From Myxococcota bacterium (lineage in GTDB: Bacteria > Myxococcota > Myxococcia > Myxococcales > Myxococcaceae), in NCBI GenBank assembly GCA_049322255.1, contig JBMORE010000162.1, positions 44,561 to 64,560 on the forward strand: a DNA stretch of 20,000 nt, written 5' to 3'. The first letter of the stretch is position 1. Every line of letters begins with the position of its first letter. This document shows positions 1 through 7,408 of the stretch, in pieces. Under the pieces are notes generated by a model. The model saw only the letters and a program-made list of their open reading frames with translations. It was not told where the DNA came from and did no database searches. The translations under genes and the position numbers were made by a program.

Positions 1-126
1 CGGCCACGGAATCGCCCATGCCGCCTTCCCTTCTGCGAGCTCACGCAACCGCTGCGCTGCTCTCTGGTGAAAGGGTGACTCCGCCCGATGCGCGTACACC
101 AGCAGATTGGTGTCGACAGCCACCAT
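1..126 (-). CDS. vapC: PIN-domain VapC toxin, 5' part only (runs off the window edge)
   Basis: Not in the ORF track. Manual translation from ATG at 126 gives MVAVDTNLLVYAHRAESPFHQRAAQRLRELAEGKAAWAIPWP, the typical 'xAVDTNxLVYAH' VapC N-terminus. It starts 3 nt after the antitoxin stop codon. Confidence 0.9.
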   Translation of the reverse strand, partial: MVAVDTNLLVYAHRAESPFHQRAAQRLRELAEGKAAWAIPWP

Positions 127-129
127 CGC

Positions 130-372
130 TCACCCGTCGGACGGCAAGTCGTAGGCGATGTCTCGAGGCAAGTCCCAGCCCACCCCGGGCCGCAGCCCCT
201 TGCCGCGGACGGTGACGAGCTTGAGCTTGAAGGACTTGGTCTGGCGCTTTCTCTCGTCGAGCGCGCGGCGCAAGCCTTCCTCCACGAGCGAGCGAACAGT
301 CGTGTGCTCGCGAGCGGCGACCTTCTTCGCCTCGCCCAGGAGCGCGTCAGCAATCTCGATGGTGGTCTTCAT
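130..372 (-). CDS. vapB: VapB-type ribbon-helix-helix antitoxin
   Basis: MKTTIEIADALLGEAKKVAAREHTTVRSLVEEGLRRAL is an RHH antitoxin N-terminus. It lies directly upstream of the PIN gene. ATG at 372 is preferred over the ORF-track start at 438; an alternative ATG is at 384. Confidence 0.85.
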   Translation of the reverse strand: MKTTIEIADALLGEAKKVAAREHTTVRSLVEEGLRRALDERKRQTKSFKLKLVTVRGKGLRPGVGWDLPRDIAYDLPSDG

Positions 373-409
373 ATGGGTCACCATATCCACCAGGCTGGGT
401 GAACGCCAA
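371..409 (-). promoter_or_regulatory. Putative vapBC promoter with palindromic autoregulatory operator
   Basis: A perfect inverted repeat ATATGG-N4-CCATAT at 371-386 overlaps the start codon. The minus strand reads TTGGCG-N18-TATGGT-N7-ATG with no Shine-Dalgarno. Confidence 0.55.
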
Positions 410-669
410 ATCGGACTGGCACGGACTCGTCGGCTCACGATCCGCGTTCGATGGCGCCCCGTGAGCCATCATCGATCGCGTGTATCGACCTTTCCTTGGA
501 TCGACAGTCCTCGCGCTGCTCTTGACGATGCTTGCCGGCTGTACGGCCTCGGGAAAGGCACCCTCTGAGCTCGCTTATCAAGTCCGGGTCGGGCGCCGGC
601 TTCTTCGGCTCGTCCGCCACGGCGAACACGCTCCAGAGCATTCCGACGGCGGCGAAGCGCCTCCTCGCG

Positions 670-1512
670 CTATCCCCTCACTCGCTCGGAACCTGAGCTG
701 CGCGTGGCTTCGGCTGCGATGGGAGCGATCGGCTCCAGCTGGACCCGCGAGATGATCGCTTCGCTCTCTTTCGCCGAGGCCTGAATGGCTTCTACGCCCG
801 TCAGGAGGTCGTCGAGCTGGTCTCCGAGCTGGTCGGGGCTGGCCATGGTCAACACCTGGTCACGCAACAGCCGCACCGAGTTCTCGATGAGGTTCATCTG
901 CCCCCGGGCGCGCGCGAGGAAGTTCTGTATCTCTCCGATGGTGTCCATCCGCCGCTGTAAGACCTGGGCATTCTTGCGCGCGATCTCCGCCACCGCGGCG
1001 TCCTTCATCGACTTCTCCATCTTCTGCTGGACCTCGAGCTGCTCTCCCAGCTCGCGAAAATTGGTGGCCGACAGGTAGGTCTCGGCGCGCGCGCACGCCG
1101 CGGCCAGGGTGACGAAGCTCTGGTGCAGCTGGGAAAGCTTGTCGAGCTCGGTCTGGAGGAGAATCGCCTTGAACGAGGGGTTCACCTGCATGTCGCGCTC
1201 AATCTCCCGGCGTAGCTCGTCGAGCGCGTGGGCCCGCGCCCAGTCGCGCTCCGGGAGTGACTCCATCAGCTTGGCCACCCGGGCGCGGTCGGCTTTCTCG
1301 CGCTCCTCTCGGTGCGCGGCATCGACGTAGCGCTTGAAGGGTCGCAGGTCGGGGCCGAACAAGAGCCACAAAGCCTCGAGCCCCAACGCCACCGCGCCGA
1401 GCACGTACTCGCCGGTGAGCGCGCTGGCGGTGAGCGCTCCGCCCAAAAGAGAGAGGTTGTAGACGTTGGCGAACGCCGCCTTGAGGTAGCTGGGGGCTGA
1501 CTCGGTGGACAA
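670..1512 (-). CDS. Hypothetical membrane-anchored coiled-coil protein (N-terminal hydrophobic hairpin + long helical domain), last gene of the ABC/OmpA operon
   Basis: 280 aa. TTG start with a GAGGGG RBS overlapping the ATPase stop. Hydrophobic segments around residues 12-53 are followed by an E/Q/L/R-rich heptad region. Codon usage is GC3-rich. Confidence 0.85.
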   Translation of the reverse strand: MSTESAPSYLKAAFANVYNLSLLGGALTASALTGEYVLGAVALGLEALWLLFGPDLRPFKRYVDAAHREEREKADRARVAKLMESLPERDWARAHALDELRREIERDMQVNPSFKAILLQTELDKLSQLHQSFVTLAAACARAETYLSATNFRELGEQLEVQQKMEKSMKDAAVAEIARKNAQVLQRRMDTIGEIQNFLARARGQMNLIENSVRLLRDQVLTMASPDQLGDQLDDLLTGVEAIQASAKESEAIISRVQLEPIAPIAAEATRSSGSERVRG

Positions 1513-1519
1513 AGGCCCC

Positions 1520-2377
1520 TCAAAGTCCCATGCGCAGGTTGCCGTGCACGTCGAGCGAGTGGAGCAGGTCGAGCAGGTGGTTCTCTACCCGTTTGAACTC
1601 GGCGGACTGCTTGAGCGCGGGGCTGCGGTCTTCGAAGGTGGGCACCTCGATGCGGTGGAGCACTTTCGCCGGCCGCGAAGAGAGCACGAACACCACGTCG
1701 GCGAGGAACACCGCCTCGCTGATGTCGTGGGTGACGAAGAGCACCGTGTTGTCCTCTTTGTGAAGCACGTCGAGGATGAGCCCCTGCATTCCCCAGCGCG
1801 TCTGCGGGTCGAGCGCGCCAAAAGGCTCGTCCATCAGCACCAGCTTGGGCTTGTTGACGATGGTGCGGGCGATCGCCACCCGCTGCTTCATGCCGCCCGA
1901 GAGCTGTTTGGGCAGCGCGTCGGCAAAGTCTTTGAGCCCCACCTGGGCGATGATCTCCATCGCCTGCTTCTTGCGCTGGGCGGGAGGAATGCCGTGCAGC
2001 TCCAGGCCGTACTCCACGTTCTTGCGCACCGTGCGCCAAGCGAAGGAGGTGTAGCTCTGAAAGACCATGCCCCGGTCACGCCCGGTGCCGGTCACCACCT
2101 GTCCGTCGATGAGCACTTGGCCAGCGTCGGGCTGAAGGAGCCCCGCCACGGCTTTCAAGATCGTGCTCTTGCCGCAGCCCGAAGGCCCCAAGAAAACCGC
2201 CAGCTCGCCTTTGCCTGGCTTGTTGGAGACGGAAAGGTCGGCGCCCTGCACCGCCTGCACCGTGTTGCCCCTGCGGTCGGTGTAGCTGATGTAGAGGTCC
2301 CTGATTTCCAGCTTGGGCACCGAGCCGGTCATCGCCGGCGCGGAAGCTTCAGCCGCCGCGGAGGTCGGCTCAGGCAT
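1520..2377 (-). CDS. ABC transporter ATP-binding protein, NitT/TauT (SsuB/TauB-like) family
   Basis: Walker A GPSGCGKST, Q-loop VFQ, signature LSGGMKQR, Walker B LVLMDEP, D-loop GALD and H-loop VTHD are all intact. The start overlaps the permease stop (ATGCCTGA). Confidence 0.95.
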   Translation of the reverse strand: MPEPTSAAAEASAPAMTGSVPKLEIRDLYISYTDRRGNTVQAVQGADLSVSNKPGKGELAVFLGPSGCGKSTILKAVAGLLQPDAGQVLIDGQVVTGTGRDRGMVFQSYTSFAWRTVRKNVEYGLELHGIPPAQRKKQAMEIIAQVGLKDFADALPKQLSGGMKQRVAIARTIVNKPKLVLMDEPFGALDPQTRWGMQGLILDVLHKEDNTVLFVTHDISEAVFLADVVFVLSSRPAKVLHRIEVPTFEDRSPALKQSAEFKRVENHLLDLLHSLDVHGNLRMGL

Positions 2378-3275
2378 CGGCTTCCCTCCAGGAGAAGAGC
2401 AGCCGGTTCACCCCGCGAATCAACAGGTCGGTGAGAATGCCGATCACCCCCACCACCAGAATGCCGGCGAACGACCAGGCCGGCTTGGTGTGCTGCTCAG
2501 CCAGCCGCAAGATGTAGCCGATGCCACTTTGCGGGTTCACGATCTCCGCGAGGATGATGTAGGTCCACGCGATCGCGTTCATCACCCGAAAAGAGTCGAA
2601 GATCTGCGGCAACGCGGCGGGGATGAGCACCGTGCGAATCACCTGCGCGCGGCTGGCTCCCAAGGTGAAGGCGGTGTGCACCAGCTCCTCCGGCACCACC
2701 CGAATGGCGTCGACCACCACCGGCAAGAGAAACACCACCGTGCCCAGGAAGAGAAAGGCGATCTTCTGCGACTCCTCGATGCCGAACCACAAGATGAGCA
2801 GCGGAATGAACGCGGTGATCGGCAAGTACCGCATCGGAGCGAGGATGGGATCGAAGAACTTGTTCACCGACTCGAACGAGCCCATCAAGATTCCCAAGGG
2901 CAGCGCCACCGCCACCGAGAGCCCGAAGGCCTTCAAGATGCGCACCGAGCTCACCAGCACCGAGGGGAGCAGGTCTTTTTCGAAGACGAGGTAGAGCAGG
3001 CTGCGCACCACCTCGTCGGGCGGCGGCAAGAAGAAGTGCGAGACCAGCGGCTCTGAGCCCTTGCCCCGATCGACCCAGACGTAGCTGCACACCGCCCACG
3101 CCACCAGCAAGAGCGCCACCGAGGCCACCGACAGCAGCCGTCCGGTACCGGCGGGGACAGGCGCGCGCAGCGCCCACAGCGACGCCTCGCTCTTTCTCCG
3201 CGCCCCCTCAGTCCCCCGCACCAGGGAGACGCCTGTGGACCCACCTCCGGCGGGACGATCAGGCTCAGTTGGCAT
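2370..3275 (-). CDS. ABC transporter permease, NitT/TauT (SsuC/TauC-like) family
   Basis: Multiple TM helices, the FLPPPxEV motif, PLLILWFGI, the EAA-like loop ELVHTAFTLGAS and WTYIILAE. Overlaps the upstream gene by 11 nt. Confidence 0.93.
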   Translation of the reverse strand: MPTEPDRPAGGGSTGVSLVRGTEGARRKSEASLWALRAPVPAGTGRLLSVASVALLLVAWAVCSYVWVDRGKGSEPLVSHFFLPPPDEVVRSLLYLVFEKDLLPSVLVSSVRILKAFGLSVAVALPLGILMGSFESVNKFFDPILAPMRYLPITAFIPLLILWFGIEESQKIAFLFLGTVVFLLPVVVDAIRVVPEELVHTAFTLGASRAQVIRTVLIPAALPQIFDSFRVMNAIAWTYIILAEIVNPQSGIGYILRLAEQHTKPAWSFAGILVVGVIGILTDLLIRGVNRLLFSWREADA

Positions 3276-4893
3276 TCAAGATGACCTTGATATCGGTGCG
3301 CCGGTTGAGCGCCCGCCCGTCCTCGGTCGTGTTGGTCGCCACCGGGTTGGCCGAACCGTGGCCGACGGCGACGAAGCGCTCGCCGGGAAGAGCGAAATTC
3401 TTCACCAGGTAGGCCTTCACCGCCTCGGCGCGCTTCTGGGAGAGCGTCTTGTTCACCGCCGCCGATCCGCGCGAGTCGGTGTTCCCCTCCACCTGCAGGT
3501 AGGTGTTGCCGAAGGCGAGCATCGTCTCCCCCAGCGCATCGAGGGTGAAGTAGCTGCCGGGCATGATCTCATCCGAGCCGGTGGTGAAGTGAATCGACAA
3601 GCTCTTGTTGACGATGGCGCGGTCGGACACCTTGGGCTTGTCCTTGAAGGCGAAGGACTCTTCCACCTTCTGGCCCCGGTAGCGGTCGGCGAGCGCGGCG
3701 ACGAAGCGCCCGTCCATCCAATCTTTGGCGTCGACCATCTTGGTCACCACGCCCTTCTTGCGCCAGATGACGAAGGCGCCGTTGAAGAGCGCGTGGAAGT
3801 ACGGCTTGGGCCCGGACAGCCCGTAGAAGACCGCGTTGTCCGCCCACGGGGTGAGCTTGAGGCCCGAGAGCATGCCCGAAACATCGTCGGGGGTGAGCTT
3901 GAGCGCGCTGGCGACGATCTGGTGGGAACCTTGCGGGTCCTCCTGCATCACGCTGATGCCGTCGAACCAGCCGCCCACGAAGTCCTGCACCGTCTGCGGC
4001 GCTTCGTCGATGAGCGCTTGGCGGGCCACCAGGGTGTCGGCGATGACGTTGGTGGCGGCGAGGGTGGAGACGAGGATGTGCGCCTCGTTCTCCCGCGCGG
4101 CCACCGCGCTGGAGAGGTCGGGCTCCCAGGTGACGGCGGCGTCGACCTTGCCGGCCTTGAAGGTGGCGGCGGCCTGCGGAGCCTCGTTCACGTAGACCAA
4201 GCTCTTCTCCACTTGGCCGCGCTCCTCTGGGGTGAGGCCCGACTGCGAGAGCAGATAGAGCAAAAGCCAATGCGAGGGCGTGAACTTGGTGGTGGCGATG
4301 CGCTTGCCCTTCAGGTCCTCCACCGACTTGATGGTCTTGAGCGAGACGATGCCGTCTCCGCCGCGGCTCCAATCCTGCTGGATGATCGACTTGGCGGCGA
4401 TGTTCTGCTCGGCCAGACGCGACGCCTCGTTGGCGTAGGAGTCGACCGTGTCCCACATGATGTCGATGTCGCCCTTGATGAAGGCGTTGAGCTTCACCAC
4501 CGGGTCCTCGAGCAACACGAACTGCACGTCGAGCCCGTACTTCTTCTTGTAGATCGACGCCGGGCTTCCCACCTCGAGCCCGCCGTTGGCGACGATGCCC
4601 GGGGCGTGGCCCGCCCAGGTGTTGATACCCACCTTGAGCGTGCGCGAAAGCTTGCCCGACCCCAGGTGTGCAGCCAGGGCGGAGTTGAGCATCACCTCGG
4701 CGTTGCGCTTGGGCTCGACGAGGTCCTTGCCGATGCTGGCGAAGTCGTCTTGGGTGACCTCGCCGCCCACCTTGGCCTCACCGGCGCCGGCCCAGCCTCT
4801 GATCTGGTCGCCGTACTTCTTGAAGACCACGAACCCCACGACGCCCAACACCACCAGCGTCAAGAACAACTTTCCGAACGGGGTCAGCTTCAT
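3265..4893 (-). CDS. Membrane-anchored ABC substrate-binding protein (SsuA/THI5/NMT1-like PBP2) fused to a C-terminal OmpA/MotB-type peptidoglycan-binding domain
   Basis: N-terminal TM helix LFLTLVVLGVVGFVVF. PBP2 motifs WAGHAP, DWSRGGDGIV, IKSVEDLKGKRIA and DAAVTWEP. OmpA-C motifs IHFTTGS, VEGNTD, NKTLSQKRAEAV, GHGSANP and NRRTDI. A GGAGAG RBS precedes the start. Confidence 0.92.
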   Translation of the reverse strand: MKLTPFGKLFLTLVVLGVVGFVVFKKYGDQIRGWAGAGEAKVGGEVTQDDFASIGKDLVEPKRNAEVMLNSALAAHLGSGKLSRTLKVGINTWAGHAPGIVANGGLEVGSPASIYKKKYGLDVQFVLLEDPVVKLNAFIKGDIDIMWDTVDSYANEASRLAEQNIAAKSIIQQDWSRGGDGIVSLKTIKSVEDLKGKRIATTKFTPSHWLLLYLLSQSGLTPEERGQVEKSLVYVNEAPQAAATFKAGKVDAAVTWEPDLSSAVAARENEAHILVSTLAATNVIADTLVARQALIDEAPQTVQDFVGGWFDGISVMQEDPQGSHQIVASALKLTPDDVSGMLSGLKLTPWADNAVFYGLSGPKPYFHALFNGAFVIWRKKGVVTKMVDAKDWMDGRFVAALADRYRGQKVEESFAFKDKPKVSDRAIVNKSLSIHFTTGSDEIMPGSYFTLDALGETMLAFGNTYLQVEGNTDSRGSAAVNKTLSQKRAEAVKAYLVKNFALPGERFVAVGHGSANPVATNTTEDGRALNRRTDIKVILNAN

Positions 4894-4915
4894 TTTGGCT
4901 TTCTCTCCTTGAGGG

Positions 4916-5536
4916 CTAGGTGACCGGCGGCTCGGCCGGAGCCTGGAAGAAGTCCACGACTTTCTGCACTTCTGTCTTGCGCGCGCTCGCGGCGTTGGCC
5001 AACGCGGTCAGCGAGGCGGTGCGCTTGGCGATGTCCGCCTTGAGCGCGGAAATCTTCTCATCGAGGGTGCGAATCTGCATCTCCGCGTCCTGATTCGCCT
5101 TGGCGGTGGAGCTCTCGTTCACCTTCACGTAGGCGTCGAGCGCCCGCTTTTGGTTCTGGGCGGCGGCGATGATCTTCTCGGTCTCGAAGCCGAACGCTTT
5201 GAGCGCAGCCTCGACGATCTGCTTCTTCACCGGTTGAGGCGTCGCCTCGGGCAGGTTCTTGAGCAGCTCCTCGGCCTTCTTCACCCGGTCGAGCTCGCCG
5301 CCGTCCATGCCCGCGTCGCGGAAGATGGCGTCGAAGTCTTTGGGAGCGCTGGCCGTGGGCCCCAAGACTTTGTCCAGGCGCAACGGGGGCAGCTCGGGCG
5401 CCTCCGGCTTGGCCGTTTGAGCGAGCTTGGCCACCACTTCGGCGGGCGACTCCTCGGTCGCGTCGCGATCACGATTGCCATCGGTCTCGACGAAGATGCC
5501 CAGGAGCTTCGAGCCCAGGCCTTTTTCCTCGGACAT
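4916..5536 (-). CDS. Hypothetical protein: amphipathic N-terminus, Pro-rich linker, helical/coiled-coil C-terminal domain; first gene of the operon
   Basis: 206 aa with a strong GGGGAGAGG RBS. N-terminus KGLGSKLLGIFVE; C-terminal heptads IRTLDEKISALKADIAKRTASL. Confidence 0.85.
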   Translation of the reverse strand: MSEEKGLGSKLLGIFVETDGNRDRDATEESPAEVVAKLAQTAKPEAPELPPLRLDKVLGPTASAPKDFDAIFRDAGMDGGELDRVKKAEELLKNLPEATPQPVKKQIVEAALKAFGFETEKIIAAAQNQKRALDAYVKVNESSTAKANQDAEMQIRTLDEKISALKADIAKRTASLTALANAASARKTEVQKVVDFFQAPAEPPVT

Positions 5537-5618
5537 TTAAGCCTCTCCCCAAAGTAGGCGGCGATCCTTATCAGACCCGGCAGTTTTCCAGGCAGGAGAA
5601 ATCTGCTAGCGAACGCCT

Positions 5619-6701
5619 ATGCCCAAGTTCGAGGTGCACATTCCCGCGGCCGAGGTCAGCGAGTTCAACGTCACCCTCAAAGTCGACGCCGACAACTGGA
5701 TGGCGGCGCTCAAGACCGGCATGCACAAGCTCGGGGAGCAGGGGGCCTCGGTGCAGAACGTGCTGGTCGACATTCAGGAGGACAACTCCATCCACGTCAC
5801 CGAGTCGAGCTCAGGGCGGGTGTTTCGCATTCGCGAGCTCTCCGACGCTGAAGCCGCCGCCGCTTCGGTGAAGAAGCCGCCCGTGCTCTCGGCGCCGCCA
5901 CCTTCCGCCCGCACCTTCCCTTGGGGCAGCTCGGCCACCCAGCCCGCCCGTCCTCGCTCGGTGCACGAGGCGGTCACCGAGCCGAACCACAAAGTGATCG
6001 CCGAGCCCGACACGCTCCCGCCGTCGCCGGCCGCGACGCTGCCCGGAGTCCACCCTGAGCTGCTGAAGCCGACCCCCACCCGCATCATCGAGCGCGCCCG
6101 CCGCCACGAGCCAGACGAGGTGGTCGAGCTGGAAAAGCCCACCCAGCCGGTGCTGGGCTCCATCGGGCGCCCCAAGCCAACCAAGAAGGGTGCCCAGGAG
6201 GACATCGAAGACGTCCTCGCCGAGGTCTTCGACCAAGTGCAGAACGTCTACGGCAAGAAGACCGAGGAGGAGGCGCTCTACTTCCTGCTCGACTTGGCGC
6301 TGCAGAAGATTCCTGCCGAATCAGGGACGGTCTATCGCGCCGACGCGACTACCGGCGACTTGAGCTTCGCCGCCGTCCGAGGTCCCAAGGCCAAGGAGCT
6401 GCTCGCCGCCAGGGTGATCGTCCCCTCGGGCACCGGCATCGCCGGTTTCGCCGCCAACGAGGGCGTGTCGGTGGCCGTCTCCGACGTGGAGAAAGACTCG
6501 CGCTTCTACGCCGCCATCTCGGAGAAGCTGAAGTACGAGGTGAAGTCGATCTTGTGCTCGCCGATGATGACCCACGGGCGCACCTTCGGCTGCCTGCAGT
6601 TGCTCAACAAGAGCGGCTCGGCGGTGTTCAGCGCGCACGAAGTGGGCCTGCTCTCCTATGTGGCCCACCAGGCGGCGCTGTTCCTCAACTCGCGGCTCTG
6701 A
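5619..6701 (+). CDS. GAF domain-containing protein (small N-terminal alpha/beta domain, Pro-rich linker, C-terminal GAF, no output domain)
   Basis: C-terminal GAF motifs GTGIAGFAANEG, DVEKDSRFY, SILCSPM, GCLQLLNK and FSAHEVGLL. Confidence 0.88.
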   Translation: MPKFEVHIPAAEVSEFNVTLKVDADNWMAALKTGMHKLGEQGASVQNVLVDIQEDNSIHVTESSSGRVFRIRELSDAEAAAASVKKPPVLSAPPPSARTFPWGSSATQPARPRSVHEAVTEPNHKVIAEPDTLPPSPAATLPGVHPELLKPTPTRIIERARRHEPDEVVELEKPTQPVLGSIGRPKPTKKGAQEDIEDVLAEVFDQVQNVYGKKTEEEALYFLLDLALQKIPAESGTVYRADATTGDLSFAAVRGPKAKELLAARVIVPSGTGIAGFAANEGVSVAVSDVEKDSRFYAAISEKLKYEVKSILCSPMMTHGRTFGCLQLLNKSGSAVFSAHEVGLLSYVAHQAALFLNSRL

Positions 6702-6711
6702 GGCGCACAGC

Positions 6712-7371
6712 ATGCCCCCCCGGACTACTTGTCTTTGTCTTCTCTTGGCCGGTTCAGCTGCGCACGCTCAGATGCCTGCGGCGACGTCGAACGAAGCGCC
6801 CAGCCCGTCGGCCGTGGTTTGGGCCTACCCCTTGTCCACGCCATTTTTCGGCGCGATTGCTCTCAGCCGCCTGGTAGGGCCCGTGTGGCAAATCCCTATC
6901 GGAGCAAATTTCTCCGTCGGCCCCGACTGGAGCCTTGCCATCGAGGCAGCGTTCACCCGAGGCACCGTCAACGACGCCTGCTCGACCTGCCTGTTATGGG
7001 GCGTGACGGCGGCGATTGGACCTTCGTGGTCGGTATCAGGGCGCGGGCTGGAGGGGTGGTTCGTTCAACCCAAGTTCCTCATCGGGTATGCGGAGCCTCG
7101 CGGCTGGGGGATAGCCAGTCTCGCGCCCAGCGGCGAACCACTCGCGTTTTCGCCGACGCGAACGGTGGATTTTCAGCTTGGCATCGACGTCGGCTACCAC
7201 CTACGGTTCGGTCGGCTTTACATGGCTCCAGTGATGGGGGCCAGCGCTGGCTGGTGCATCGACTGCGGCGGCCCCTTCGCTTCGGGGGCGCTCGGGCCTA
7301 ACGCGCAGCAGCGACACTCTTTCGTCGCTGGGCTCAACGTCAATTTGCTTCGCCTCGGAGCGATCTTCTGA
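6712..7371 (+). CDS. Putative small outer-membrane beta-barrel protein
   Basis: ATG at 6712. Signal peptide MPPRTTCLCLLLAGSAAHA (AxA site), amphipathic beta-strands (GWFVQPKF, DFQLGIDVGYHLRFG) and a C-terminal Phe (LLRLGAIF) consistent with a BAM beta-signal. Confidence 0.65.
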   Translation: MPPRTTCLCLLLAGSAAHAQMPAATSNEAPSPSAVVWAYPLSTPFFGAIALSRLVGPVWQIPIGANFSVGPDWSLAIEAAFTRGTVNDACSTCLLWGVTAAIGPSWSVSGRGLEGWFVQPKFLIGYAEPRGWGIASLAPSGEPLAFSPTRTVDFQLGIDVGYHLRFGRLYMAPVMGASAGWCIDCGGPFASGALGPNAQQRHSFVAGLNVNLLRLGAIF

Positions 7372-7372
7372 C

Positions 7373-7393
7373 ACGGGTGGACACCCAACCCGT
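7373..7393. terminator. Hairpin between convergent genes, possible terminator
   Basis: ACGGGT-GG-ACAC-CC-A-ACCCGT stem-loop in the 37-nt gap between the barrel gene and truD. No clear U-tract. Confidence 0.3.
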
Positions 7394-7408
7394 TGGTTGC
7401 GCCATCGG

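Noticed and set aside
480..755. Plus-strand 91-aa ORF with a lipobox-like LAGC
   Set aside because: It overlaps the 3' end of the 670-1512 gene, has no clear RBS and its downstream sequence is not protein-like. A chance match is likely, though not excluded.
3265..3620. OmpA domain as a sign of a flagellar stator (MotB) or T6SS (TagL) locus
   Set aside because: There is no MotA/ExbB partner or T6SS gene in the window, and the TM helix lacks the MotB Asp.
1520..4893. Naming the ABC genes ssuABC/tauABC/nrtABC
   Set aside because: Only family-level motifs are seen. There is no ssuD/tauD/nitrate reductase context, and the binding protein has an OmpA fusion absent from those systems.
3235..4923. 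562-aa plus-strand ORF, and similar long antisense ORFs at 1505-2434, 7526-8860, 8419-9369, 9667-10674, 12310-13197 and 18291-19388
   Set aside because: They mirror well-supported genes on the opposite strand and have no motifs. Stop-free antisense frames are expected in high-GC3 DNA.
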